Of a stretch of DNA of 35,001 nucleotides, positions 20,370 through 32,379 are shown one piece after another. Below the pieces are notes generated by a model. That model did not search any database and was not told the DNA's origin. It saw nothing but the letters and a program-made list of their open reading frames with translations. A program made the position numbers and the translations under genes. How positions within the stretch are numbered: the first letter of the stretch is position 1; every line of letters begins with the position of its first letter. The stretch is from Malacoraja senta (lineage: Eukaryota): assembly GCA_038087875.1 (NCBI GenBank), contig JAXLNO010004992.1:62001-97001 (forward strand). Reading direction: 5' to 3'.

Positions 20370-21800
20370 AGATAATAGACAATAGGTGCAGGAGTACGCC
20401 ATTCGGCCCTTCGATCCAGCACCGCCAATCATTGTGATCATGGCTGATTGTCCCCAATCAGTACCCCGTTCATGCCTTCTCCCCATATCCCTTGATTCCA
20501 CTAGCCCCCAGAGCTCTATCTAACTCTTTCTTAAATCCAACCAGTGACTTGGCCTCCAGTGCCCTCTGTGGCGGGGAATTCCACAAATTCACAACTCTCT
20601 GGGTGAAAACGTTTTTTCTCACCTCAGTCTTAAATGGCCTCCCCTTTATTCTAAGACGGTGGCCCCTGGTTCTGTCCCCGATAGGACAGTGAGATTCTCC
20701 CCATATCTCTTGACTCCGCGATCTTTAAGAGCCTAATCTAGCTCTCTCTTGAGAGTATCCAGAGAACCGGCCTCCACCGCCCTCTGAGGCAGAGAATTCC
20801 ACAGACTCACAACTCTCTGGGTGAAAAAGTGTTTCCTCGTCTCTGTTCTAAATGGCTTACTCCTTATTCTTAAACTGTGTGGCTCCTGGTTCTGGACTCC
20901 CCCAACATTGGGAACATGTTTCCTGCCTCTAGCGTGTTCAAACCCTTAGTAATCTTTTATGTTTCAATGCGATCCCCTCTCATCCTATTTTTTTAATTTA
21001 TTCATTATTAATTAATTTATTTTTATTAGAAGCAATTGTACAAAGACAAAACATTCGGCATCTGAGATTATACAATTATTGTACAGCTTCATATTTAACC
21101 TTATAACCTGAAAATGAAAAAGAAAAGAAAAAGAGAACAAGAAAGAGAAAAAGTGAACAGTGAAAAGACAGCTCGATAAAGATCAAAAGAAAGACCCGAA
21201 AACTGTGGCCGAAAAATATAGAAATATGAAAAGAGAAAAAGAAAGGTGGAGATATACCTGCCCCTCGTCTCCTGTCTCTCCCCCCCTCCCCCCCGCCCAC
21301 CTAACCCAACCCGGCATTGGATTTAAATTTAAATTTGTGTTGCACCATACTATTGTTGGAAGAATTCGGTGAAGGGTGTCCATGTCTTGAGAAATGGATC
21401 TGGTTTTTCCCTCTCATCCTTCTAAACTCCAGAGTGTACAAGCCCAGCCGCTCCATTCTCTCTGCATACGACAGTCCCGCCATCCCGGGAATTAACCTGG
21501 TGAACCTACGCTGCACTCCCTCAATAGCAAGAATGTCCTTCCTCAAATTAGGGGACCAAAACTGCACACAATACTCCAGGTGTGGTCTCACTAGGCTCTG
21601 TACAACTGCAGAAGGACCCCTTTGCCCCTATACTCAACTCCTCTTGTTATAAAGGCCAACATGCCATTCGCTTTCTTCACTGCCTGCTGTACCTGCATGC
21701 TTACTTTCATTGACTGATGAACAAGGACCCCCAGATCCCGTTGTACTTCCCCTTTTCCCAACTTGACGCCATTTAGATAATAATCTGCCTTCCTGTTTCT
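20370..21800 (-). mobile_element. CR1 3' portions (family B), split by an L1 insertion
   Basis: Antisense CR1 C-terminal ORFs; the CR1 sequence resumes at 21409. Confidence 0.9.
20987..21408 (-). mobile_element. 5'-truncated L1 3' end with 12-bp TSD
   Basis: TSD CCCTCTCATCCT (20975-20986 and 21409-21420), an A-rich tail with AATAAA, and the ORF2 terminus KPDPFLKTWTPFTEFFQQ*. Confidence 0.88.
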
Positions 21801-21889
21801 TCCGTAGGACAGTAAACTTCAACTGGAAAGTATAAACTGAGAATAAAACGTGAAATGCTGGAGGAACTCAGTGGGTCAGGCAACGCTGA

Positions 21890-22357
21890 TCAGATTGCAT
21901 TCGGAATATTGTGAGCAGTTTTGGGCCCTGTATCTGAGGAAGGATGTGCTGGCTCTGGAGAGGGTCCAGTGGAGGTTTACAAGAACGATCCCAGGAATGA
22001 GTAGTTAACATACGATGAGCGTTTGTCGGCACTGGGCCTGTACTCGCTGGAGTTTAGAAGAATGAGGGGGGACCTCATTGAAACTTACCAAATAGTGAAA
22101 GGCCTGGATAGAGTGGATGTGGAGAGGATGTTTCCACTAGTGGGAGAGTCCAGGACCAGAGGTCACAGCCACAGAATTAAAGGACATTCTTTTAGGAAGG
22201 AGATGAGGAGGAATTTCTTTTGTCAGAGGGTGGTGAATCTGTGGAATTCATTGCCACAGACGGCTGTGGAGGCCACAAATCAGTGGATATTTTTTAAAGT
22301 GGAGATTGACTTAGAACATGTGTCAGAGGTTATGGGGAGAAGGCAGGAGAATGGGGT
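21890..22357 (+). mobile_element. CR1 3' portion (another subfamily)
   Basis: LGLYSLEFRRMRGDLIETY...NFFCQRVVNLWNSLP. Confidence 0.88.
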
Positions 22358-22885
22358 TTAGTTTAGTTTAGAGATACAGCGTGGGAACGGGCCCTTCGGC
22401 CCACCGGGTCCGTGCCGACCAGCGATCCCCGCACACTAACACTATCCTACATCCACTAGGGACAATTTTTCACATTTACACCAAGCCAATTAACCTACAA
22501 ACCTGCACGTCTTTGGAGTGTGGGAGGAAACGGAAGATCTCGGAGAAAACCCACGCAGGTCACGGGGAGGACGTACAGATTTAATTTATGTACAGTTTAT
22601 CTAGATACTAGCTTTTTAGTTTAGAGATGGAGCGTGGGGTAGGGCCCTTCGGCCCATCTAATCCATGCCGACCAGTAGCAACCCACACACCTGTTCTATC
22701 CCACACATTAGGGGTAATTTACAGAGGGTAATTAACCTGCAAACCGGCAGGTGTTTGGAATGTGGGAGGAAACCGGAGCACCCGGCGAAAACCCACACGG
22801 TCCCACTGCAGACTCCGTAATGGCGGCACCCATGGTCGGGATCGAACCCATGTCTCTGGCGCTGTGAGGCAACAACTCTACCGTG
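22358..22885 (-). mobile_element. Two tRNA-derived V-SINEs (HE1-like)
   Basis: V-domain core gtttcctcccacactccaaagac, B-box GGTTCGATCC in the right copy, and a CR1-like tail ending (CTAAA)n. Confidence 0.82.
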
Positions 22886-23135
22886 ACCTCCGGTTAGGAG
22901 GGAGAGATAGATCAGCCACGATTGAATGGCGGAGTAGACTTGATGGGCCGAATGGCCTAATTCTGCTCCTATCACTTATGGCCTTATGACATGTGTGTGT
23001 GTGTGTGTGTGTGTATGTGAGTATATATACACACTAAACACTGAATGGCCTCATTCTGCTCCTATCACTTATGACCTTATGACATGTTTGCGTGTGTGTA
23101 TATATACACACTGAACTCTCTTCTCATTTATTATA
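22886..23135 (+). repeat. CR1 3'-tail fragments with (TG)n microsatellite, partly duplicated
   Basis: gggccgaatggcctaattctgctcctatcacttatg occurs at about 22945 and again, partially, at about 23043; (TG)n at about 22992-23015. Confidence 0.75.
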
Positions 23136-23785
23136 ATAGACAAGAGACAATAGGTGCAGGAGTAGGCCATTCGGCCCTTCGAGCTAGCACCGACATTCAA
23201 TGTGATCATGGCTGATCATCCCCAATCAGTACCCCGTTCCTGCCTTCTCCCCATATCCCCTGACTCCGCTATCTTTAAGAGCCCTATCTAGCTCTCTCTT
23301 GAAAGTATCCAGAGATCCGGCCTCCACCGCACTCTGAGGCAGAGAATTCCACAGACTCACAACCCTCTGTGAGAAAAAGTGTTTCCTCATCCTCGTTCTA
23401 AATGGCTTACCCCTTATTCTTAAACTGTGGACCCTGGTTCTGGACTCCCCCAACATCGGGAACATGTTTCCTGCCTCTAGCGTGTCCAAACCCTTAATAA
23501 TCTTATATATTTCAATAAGATCCCCTCTTATTCCTTCTAAACTCCAGAGTGTACAAGCCCAGCCGCTCCATTCTCTCAGCATATGGCAGTCCCGCCATTC
23601 TGGGAATTAACCTGGTGAACCTCCGTTGCACTCCCTCAATAGCAAGAATGTCCTTCCTCAAATTTGGAGACCAAAACTGCAAACAATACTCCAGGTGTGG
23701 TCTCACTAGGGCCCTGTACAACTGCAGAAGGACCTCTTTGCTCCTAGACTCAACTCCTCTTGTTACAAAGGCCAACATGCCATTA
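23136..23785 (-). mobile_element. CR1 (family B) 3' portion
   Basis: [15 protein letters not shown]...GEKAGTGY* with a 3' end. Confidence 0.92.
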
Positions 23786-23929
23786 CTGCACACAATTCTC
23801 CATTACATGATGACATGGTTTACAGCATGCCATGTCAGGCCGAATGGCCTCCTTCTGCTCCCCGAACTTACGACCATGAGAAGGGTTCTTGCAAGATGTG
23901 GATCCACACATTCCTGGAACAGAACAGAA

Positions 23930-24475
23930 TAGGATTCATAACAAGAGGATTTCAGGATCGGAGTAAAGAGGTTCTTCTACAGTTGTATAGGGCTCTGGTG
24001 AGACCACATCTGGAGTATTGTGTGCAGTTTTGGTCTCCTAATTTGAGGAAGGACATCCTTGTGATTGAGGCACTGCAGCGTAGGTTCACGAGATTGATCC
24101 CTGGGATGGCGGGACTGTCATATGAGGATAGATTGAAAAGACTAGGCTTGTATTCATGAGTTTAGAAGGATGAGGTGGGACCTTATGGAAACATATAAAA
24201 TTATAAAAGGACTGGACAAGCTAGATACAGGAAACATGTTCCCAATGTTGGGCGAGTCCAGAACCAGGGGCCACAGTCTTAGAATAAAGGGGAGGCCATT
24301 TAAGACTGAGGTGAGAAAAAACTTTTTCACCCAGAGAGTTGTGAATTTATGGAATTCCCTGCCACAGAGGGCAGTGGAGGCCAAGTCACTGGATGGATTT
24401 AAGAGAGAGTTAGATAGAGCTCTAGGGGCTAGTGGAATCAAGGGATATGGGGAGAAGGCAGGCACGGGTTATTAA
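23930..24475 (+). mobile_element. CR1 3' portion
   Basis: [15 protein letters not shown]...GEKAGTGY*. Confidence 0.92.
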
Positions 24476-27240
24476 CCATATAACCATAACAATAAAAATA
24501 AATACTTCCCCCTAGTCCCATCTACCTGCACTCAGACCATAACCCTCCATTCCTTTCCCGTCCATATACCCAACCAATCTATTTTTAAAGGATAACATCG
24601 AACCTGCCTCCACCACTTCCACTGGAAGCTCATTCCACACAGCTACCACTCTCTGAGTAAAGAAGTTCCCCCTAATGTTCCCCCTAAACTTCTGTCCCTT
24701 AATTCTCAAGTCATGTCCCCTTGTTTGAATCTTCCCTACTCTCAATGGGAAAAGCTTATCCACGTCCACTCTGTCTAACCAGCTCATAATTTTAAAGACC
24801 TCTATCAAGTCCCCTCTTAACCTTCTGCGCTCCAAAGAATAAAGACCTAACTTGTTCAACCTTTCTCTGTAACTTAGTTGCTGAAACCCAGGCAACATTC
24901 TAGTAAATCTCCTCTGTACTCTCTATTTTGTTGACATCCTTCCTATAATTAGGCGACCAAAATTGTACTCCATACTCCAGAATTGGCCTCACCAATGCCT
25001 TGTACAATTTTAACATTACATCCCAACTTTTATATTCAATGCTCTGATTTATAAAGGCCAGCACACAAAAAGTTGTCTTTACCACCCTATCTACATGAGA
25101 TTCCACCTTCAGGGAACTATGCACAGTTATTCCTAGATCCCTCTGTTCAACTGCATTCCTCAATTCGCTACCATTTACCGTGTACGTCCTATTTTGATTT
25201 GTCCTGCCGAGATGTAGCACCTCACATTTGTCAGCATTAAACTCCATCTGCCATCTTTCAGCCCACTCTTCCAAATGGCCTAAATCTCTCTGTAGACTTT
25301 GAAAATCTACTTCATTATCCACAACACCACCTATCTTAGTATCATCTGCATACTTACTAATCCAATTTTCCACACCATCATCCAGATCATTGATGTACAT
25401 GACAAACAACAGTGGACCCAACACAGACCCCTGAGGCACCCCACTAGTCACCGGCCTCCAACCTGACAAACAGCCATCCACCATTACTCTCTGGCATCTC
25501 CCATTCAGCCACTGTTGAATCCATCTTGCTACTCCACCATTAATACCCAACAATTGAATCTTCTTAACCAACCTTCCATGAGGAACCTTGTCAAAGGCCT
25601 TACTGAAGTCCATATAGACAACATCCACTGCTTTACCCTCATCAATTTCCCTAGTAACCTCTTCGAAGAATTCAAGAAGATTAGTCAAGCATGACCTTTC
25701 AGGCACAAATCCATGTTGACTGTTCCTAATCAGACCCTGCTTATCCAGATGCTTATATATATTATCTTTAAGTATCCTTTCCATTAATTTGCCCACCACT
25801 GACGTCAAGCTAACAGGTCTATAATTGCTAGGTTTACTCTTCGAACCCTTTTTAAACAATGGAACAACATGCGCAGTACGCCAATCCTCCGGCACTATTC
25901 CCGTTTCTAATGACATTTGAAATATTTCTGTCATAGCCCCTGCTATTTCTACACTAACTTCCCTCAATGTCCTAGCAAATATCCTGTCAGGACCTGGAGA
26001 CTTATCCGTTTTCATATTTTTCAAAAGTGTCAGCACCTCCTCTTCTTTGAATCTCACAGTTTTCATTGCTACTCTGCTTGTTTCCCTTACCTCACATAAT
26101 TCCATATCCTTCTCCTTCGTGAATACCGAAGAAAAGAAATTGTTCAATATCTCCCCCATCTCTTTTGGCTCTGCAGATAGCTGTCCACTCTGACTCTCTA
26201 ATGGACCAATTTTATTCCTTGTTATCCTTTTGCTATTAATATAGCTGTAGAAACCCTTTGGATTTACTTTCACCTTACTTGCCAAAGCAACCTCATATCT
26301 TCTTTTAGCTTTTCTAATTTCTTTCTTAATATTCTTTTTACATTCTTTATACTCCTCAAGCACCTCATTTACTCCATGCTGCCTATAATTATTGTAGATC
26401 TCTCTCTTTTTCCGAACCAAGTGTCCAATTTCCCTTGAAAACCATGGCTCTTTCCATTTTTTACTATTTCCTTTCAACCGAACAGGGACATAAAGATTCT
26501 GTACTCTTAGAATTTCACCCTTAAATGTCCTCCATTTTTCTTCTACATCCTTCCCATAAAACAACGTCCCAATTCACTCCTTTTAAATCCTTTCGCATCT
26601 CCTCAAAGTTAGCCTTTCTCCAAACAAAAATCTCAACCCTAGGTCCAGTTCTGACCCTCTCCATAATTATATTGAAACTAATGGTATTGTGATCACTGGA
26701 CCCGAAGTGCTCCCCGACACATACCTCCGCCACCTGCCCTGTCTCATTTTCTAACAGGAGGTCCAGCACTGCCCCTTCTCTAGTAGGTACCTCTATGTAT
26801 TGCTGCAAAAAACTATCTTGCACACATTTTACAAACTCCAAACCATCCAGCCCTTTTACAGAATGTGTTTCCCAGTCTATGTGTGGAAAATTGAAATCTC
26901 CCACAATCACTACCTTGTGCTTACTACTAATATCTGCTATCTCCTTACATATTTGCTCTTCCAATTCTCGCTCCCCATTTGGCGGTCTATAATACACCTC
27001 TATAAGTGTTGCTACACCTTTCCCATTTCTCAGTTCCACCCAAATAGCCTCCCTAGACGAGCCCTCTAATCTATCCTGCCAAAGCACTGCTGTAATATCT
27101 TCCTTGACAAGCAATGCAACACCCCCACCTCTTGCCCCTCCAATTCTATCACCCCTGAAGCAACGGAATCCTGGAATATTTATTTGCCAATCACAGCCCT
27201 CCTGCAGCCATGTTTCACTGATCGCCACAACATCATACTT
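24476..27240 (-). mobile_element. CR1 (family A), nearly complete ORF2 with two frameshifts
   Basis: Three consecutive ORFs (26521-27228 EN, 24900-26564 linker plus RT, 24512-24898 C-terminus). The tail is TTATGG-like but the 3' stem-loop is missing. Confidence 0.97.
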
Positions 27241-27774
27241 GATTGGGGACGATCAGCCATGATCACAATGAATGGCGGTGCTGGCTCGAAGGGCCGAATG
27301 GCCTCCTCCTGCAACTACTTTCTATGTTTCTATGTTTCAAGAACAATGAACTGTGACGCCAGACAGATTGGTAGACACAAACGCAGACGCAGTTTAATCG
27401 GTAACAGTGCACTCGCTGAAAATAATTGTATACAACTCGATAACAGCCCACACACACCATCCATCACCCGGTGTTGAAGCATGGGGGGGGGGGGGTCCAA
27501 CAGGTAACTGGAGAAGGGTCCAGTCTGCTTTCCGTAGACGCGATTGGCAAAGGTGTCACGAATGAGAACCTGGAAAAAACAATTCAGTCAACACCACAAA
27601 CTGAAATAAGCTCTGAACTACTTAAGACTACTATTATTATTCCACTATTGTTTTTTATGTGTAGGTATGCGTGTCTGTGGGAAAGTGGGAGAGTCTAGGA
27701 CCAGAGGTCACTGCCTCAGAATTAAAGGACGTTCTTTCATGAAGGAATTTCTTCAGATTGGTGAATCTATTTTT

Positions 27775-27947
27775 AGTGTAGTTTAGTTCAGAGATACAGG
27801 GCGGAAACAGGCCCTTCGGCCCACCGGGTCCGCGCCGACCAACGATCCCCGCACACTAACACCATCCTACAGCCATTGGAGGCAATTTTTACATTTACAC
27901 CAAGCCAATTAACCTACAAACCTGCACGTCTTTGGAGTGTGGGAGGA
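27775..27947 (-). mobile_element. HE1-like V-SINE 3' half
   Basis: Closely matches 22358-22530. Confidence 0.8.
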
Positions 27948-29690
27948 AATATTCCTGATATAGTAGTGGCCAGAGGATCTGGGGTGACGGAGGAACTGAA
28001 GGAAATCCACATTGGGCAGGAAATGGTGTTGGGTAGACTGATGGGACTGAAGGCTGATAAATCCCCAGGGCCTGATGGTCTGCATCCCAGGGTACTTAAG
28101 GAAGTGACTTAGAAATCGTGGTGCATTGGTGATAATTTTTCAATGTTCGAAAGACTCAGGATCAGTTCCTGTGGATTGGTGGGTAGCTAATGTTATCCCA
28201 CTTTTTCAGAAAGGCAGGAGAGAGAAAACAGGGAATTATAGAACAGTTAGCCTGACATCTGTGGTGGGGAAGATGCTGGAGTCAATTATAAAAGATGAAA
28301 TAGCCAAACATTTGGATAGCAGTAACAGGATCGGTCCGAGTCAGCATGGATTTACGAAGGGGAAATCATGCTTGATTAATCTTCTGGAATTTATTGAGGA
28401 TGTAACTAGGAAAATGGACAAGGGAGAGCCAGTGGATGTAATGTACCTGGACTTTCAGAAAGCATTTGATAAGGTCCCACATAGGAGATTAGTAGGCAAA
28501 ATTAGGGCACATGGTATTGGGGTCGAGTGCTGACATGGATAGAGAATTGGTTGGCAGACAGGAAACAAAGAGTAGGGATTAACGGGTCCCATTCAGAATG
28601 GCAGGCAGTGACTAGTGGGGTACCGCAAGGCTCGGTGCTGGGACCAGCAGTGACTAGTGGGGTACCGCAAGGCTCGGTGCTGGGACCAGCAGTGACTAGT
28701 GGGGTACCGCAAGGCTCGGTGCTGGGACCACAGCTATTTACAATATACATCAATGATTTGGATGAAGGGATTCAAAGTAACATTAGCAAATTTGACCATG
28801 ACACAAAGCTGGGTGGCAGTGTGAACTGTGAGGAGGCTGCTATGAGAATGCAGGGTGACTTGGACAGGTTGGGGGAGTGGGCAGATGCCTGGCAGATGAA
28901 GTTTAATGTGGATAAATCTGAGGTTATCCACTTTGGTAGCAAAAACGGGAAGGCAGATTATTATCTAAATGGCGTCGTTGGGAAAAGGGGAAGTACAACG
29001 GGATCTGGGGATCCTTGTTCATCAGTCTATGAAAGTAAGCATGCAGGTACAGCAGGCAGTGAAGAAAGCAAATGGCCTCTATAACAAGAGGAGTCGAGTA
29101 TAGGAGCAAAGAGGTCCTTCTGCAGTTGTACAAAGCCCTAATGAGACCACACCTGGAGTATTGTGTGCAGTTTTGGTCCCCTAATTTGAGGAAGGACATT
29201 TTTGCTATTGAGGGAGTGCCGCGTAGGTTCACCAGGTTAATTCCCGGGATGGCGGGACTGTCATATGCTGAGAGAATGGAGCGGCTGGGCTTGTACACTC
29301 TGGAGTTTAGAAGGATGAGAGGGTATCTTATTGAAACATATAAGATTGTTAATAGTTTGGACACGCTAGAGGCAGGAAACATGTTCCTGATGTTGGGGGA
29401 GTCCAGAACCGGTGGCCACAGTTTAAGAATAAGGGGTAAGCCATTTAGAACGGAGACGAGGAAACACTTTTTCTCACAGAGAGTGGTGAGTCTGTGGAAT
29501 TGTCTGCCTCAGGGGGCGGTGGAGGCCGGTTCTCTGGATACTTCCAAGAGAGAGCTAGATGGGGCTCTTAAAGATAGCGGAGTCAGGGGATATGGGGAGA
29601 AGGCAGGACCGGGGTACTGATTGGGGATGATCACATTGAATGGCGGCGCTGGGTCGAAGGGCCGAATGGCCTATTCCTGCACCTATTTGG
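27948..29690 (+). mobile_element. CR1 (family B) RT region to 3' end, frameshifted
   Basis: KSPGPDGLHP, YLDFQKAFDKVPH and GVPQGS motifs, with a 3' end gggccgaatggcctattcctgcacc. Confidence 0.95.
28605..28730 (+). repeat. 3 x 42-bp perfect tandem (AVTSGVPQGSVLGP x3) inside the CR1 RT
   Basis: Units at 28605, 28647 and 28689. Confidence 0.97.
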
Positions 29691-29890
29691 AAGGGGGAGG
29701 GGATGGAGAGAAAGATTTCACTTGAAGTTGGAGAAGTCAATGTTCATACCGCTGGGGTGTCAGCTGCCCAAGCGAAAATATGAGGTGCTGCTCCTCCAAT
29801 TGATGCTGCCTGACCCGCTGAGTTACTCCAGCATTTTGTGTCTACATTCCCCACAGATGCTGCCTGACCCGCTGAGTTACTCCAGTACTC
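29690..29890. mobile_element. Penelope fragments in both orientations
   Basis: aagcgaaaatatgaggtgctgctcctcc (minus-strand piece) and two gatgctgcctgacccgctgagttactccag pieces. Confidence 0.7.
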
Positions 29891-30102
29891 TGTCCCCGCC
29901 CGACCCGGTCAAACCCATCATTGCTTGGTCTACTGATGGCCATTGGTAGGGAGGAGATGATTGGCTGATCTACCAATGTCCAGGCGAGGGGATTTACAGG
30001 ACCCACCCTCAGGAAGTGGAGGTAATGAGGACGCCCTCCCCTCCTCCCCTCCCCCCTCCCCCGCAGTTACCTACCCCTGCCTTATGGCCGCTGTTCACAG
30101 GG

Positions 30103-30114
30103 TTAGTTTCTCTT
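30103..30114 (-). CDS. TAPBP: Tapasin terminal coding exon (KRN*)
   Basis: Acceptor ctctctgtcatttgtcttccag|AAG AGA AAC TAA. With the preceding exon's final AAG it forms KKRN-stop, a KKxx motif split across the last intron as in human KK|AE-type tapasin tails. Confidence 0.8.
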   Translation of the reverse strand, partial: KRN

Positions 30115-30159
30115 CTGGAAGACAAATGACAGAGAGGAGGTTTAGACGAAGCAATCACT

Positions 30160-30905
30160 GTCTTCCCACTCCTCCTCTGCTGCCTCCCTCTCACCTTCCC
30201 TCCATCCTCCCCCCCTCCCCTCGCTCCCTCTCTCCCATTCCCTCCCTTCCCAATCAATCAAATGTTTATTTTTCATTCAGAAATACATCAATAAATGCAG
30301 GTCTGAATGAAGTGTCATTGCGTCTTCCCCTCCCCCCACTCGCCCCCCTCCCACTCTCCATTATCCCCTTCCCTCTCTCAATCCCTCTCTCCATGCCCCC
30401 ATCCTACCTCCATCCCCCTCTCGCTCTCCATTCTCCCCTTCCCTCTCCCACCCCCCCTCCCTCTCTCCCTCCTTCCACCCCTCCTCCTCCCTCCACCGCC
30501 ACCCTCCCGCTCCCCATTCTCCCCTTCCCTCTCTCCATGCCCTCTTCCTCCTCTCCCCATTCTTCCCTTTCACCTCTCCATCCCTCCCTCCCTTCCTTTC
30601 GCCCTCAATTCCCCCACCTCCACCCTCCACTCTCTTTCTCCATTCTCCCCTTCATTCTCTCCCACTCTCAATCCCTTTCTCCATGTTCCCCTAAACTCCC
30701 CCTCCTCCCCCCTCCCTTTCTCCATTCTCCCCTTCTCTCTCTCCCTCCACCCCCTTCTCCATTCTCTCCTTCCCTCTCTCCCCCTCTCAATCCCTCTCTC
30801 CATCCCCCTCCTGCTCTCCATTCTCCGCTACCCTCTCCCCCTCTCCCTTCCTCCCTCCTCTCCATTTTCCCCTTCCCTCTCTCCCTCTCTCCCCCCCTCC
30901 CTCTG
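30160..30905. repeat. C/T-rich low-complexity tract in the last tapasin intron
   Basis: Recurrent ccattctcccct-like units; source of the spurious Pro-rich and Gly/Glu-rich ORFs. Confidence 0.92.
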
Positions 30906-31109
30906 TAAGGTAGCAACTCTGCCGCTGCACCACCATGCCGCTCTGAAGGAGTTCTGCAATAACAGTGCATGCAAAACCACAAATTGCATGTGATAGACAA
31001 CAGACAATAGACAATAGGTGCAGGAGGAGGCCATTCAGCCCTTCGAGCCAGCACTGCCATTCAATGTGATCATGGCTGATCATCCCCAATCAGTACCCCG
31101 TTCCTGCCT

Positions 31110-31190
31110 TCCTGTGTCCCTGTGTCCCTGTGACTCTGTGACTCTGTGACCCTGTGTCCCAGTGTCCCTGTGTCTCTGTGTCTCTGTGTC
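31110..31190. repeat. Octamer repeat (TGTGTCCC/TGTGACTC)n
   Basis: About 10 degenerate 8-bp units. Confidence 0.85.
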
Positions 31191-31231
31191 TTGAGATGTC
31201 ACCATCCCAATGGCAACAGTGGATCGCTTAC

Positions 31232-31269
31232 CTTGAGTTCTTCCTCCGAGTTCCCTCTGGGCAGGTTCA
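31232..31269 (-). CDS. TAPBP: Tapasin cytoplasmic exon ((V)NLPRGNSEEELK)
   Basis: tgtctgctttctcttcctcag|TG AAC...CTC AAG|gtaagc. 38 nt, phase 1 to 0, in frame with both neighbours. Confidence 0.85.
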
Positions 31270-31384
31270 CTGAGGAAGAGAAAGCAGACAATTCAGACAG
31301 TGGACAGCCATGATCATGTTGAATGGCGGTGCAGGCTCGAAGGGCCGAATGGCCTACTCCCGCACATATTTTCTATGTTTCTAT

Positions 31385-31545
31385 GTTTCACAGAGTGCTG
31401 GAGTAACTCAGCGGGTCAGGCAGCATCTGTGGAGAACATGGATAGGTGACGTTTCACAGAGTGCTGGAGTAACTCAGCGGGTCAGGCAACATCTGTGGAG
31501 AACATGGATAGGTGACGTTTCGGGTCGAGACCCTTCTCCAGACTG
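31385..31545 (-). mobile_element. Penelope terminal repeat, 66-bp tandem duplicated, with a mutated hammerhead core
   Basis: gtttcacagagtgctggagtaactcag at 31385 and 31451; CTGGAGA-AGGGTCTCGACCC-GAAACGTC at 31511-31544. Confidence 0.85.
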
Positions 31546-31669
31546 TCAGGGGAGAGGGAATCGAGGATTTCGACGGCAATGAAGAGATTTACAGATCAAT
31601 GGAATGAAAAATATGGAAAAAAGTAATGAAGGTTGAGGAAGGTGTCCATGGTTGGCTGAAGGCTGGGTG

Positions 31670-32195
31670 ACAACACAACCCTCTGTGTGAAAAATTGTCT
31701 AATCATCTCCGTTCTAAATGGCCGACCGCTTATTCTTAAACTGTGGCCCCTGGTTCTGGACTCCCCCAACATCGGGAACATGTTTCCTGCCTCTAACGTG
31801 TCCAATCCCTTAATAATCTTATATGTTTCAATAAGATCCCCTCTCATCCGTCTAAACTCCAGAGTGTACAAGCCCAGCCGCTCCATTCTCTCAGCATATG
31901 ACAGTCCCGCCATCCCAGAAATTAACCTGGTGAACCTACGCTGCACTCCCTCAATAGCAAGAATGTCCTTCCTCAAATTAGGGGACCAAAACTGCACACA
32001 ATACTCCAGGTGTGGTCTCACTAGGGCCCTGTACAACTGCAGAAGGACCTCTTTGCCCCGACACTCAACTCCTCTTGTTATAAAGGCCAACATGGCTTTC
32101 TTCACTGCCTGCTGTACCTGCATGCTTACTTTCATAGACTGATGTACAAGGACCCCCCAGATCCCGTTGTACTTCCCCTTTTCCCAACTTGAACT
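31670..32195 (-). mobile_element. CR1 (family B) C-terminal fragment
   Basis: ORF 31596-32135 contains [15 protein letters not shown]. Confidence 0.92.
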
Positions 32196-32379
32196 TCCTG
32201 AACCTTTCCCTCAATGTCAGCAAGATAAAGGAGTTAGTGGTTGACGGACATTGGCAGGACTGAGGTACAGTCATAGTGTCTCTAGCCCTGCATTGGCCGT
32301 GAGGCAGCAACTCTACCGCTGCACCACCATGACTACCCAGTCTTTCTGCTGGCTGGTTAGCCCGCGGTACAAAGCTTTC

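Noticed and set aside
22820-22885. tRNA gene (B-box GGTTCGATCC)
   Set aside because: It is the tRNA-derived head of a SINE, followed by the V-domain and tail; no full cloverleaf.
24476-27240. Autonomous active CR1
   Set aside because: 5'-truncated, no ORF1, two frameshifts and missing the 3' stem-loop.
29961-31089. 315-aa Pro-rich ORF and overlapping Gly/Glu-rich ORFs
   Set aside because: Products of a low-complexity C/T tract inside the last tapasin intron.
2927-32142. Recurrent antisense ORFs such as MFLASSVSKSLTILYVS... and MADHPQISTP...
   Set aside because: Shadow frames on the opposite strand of CR1 ORF2, repeated wherever CR1 occurs.
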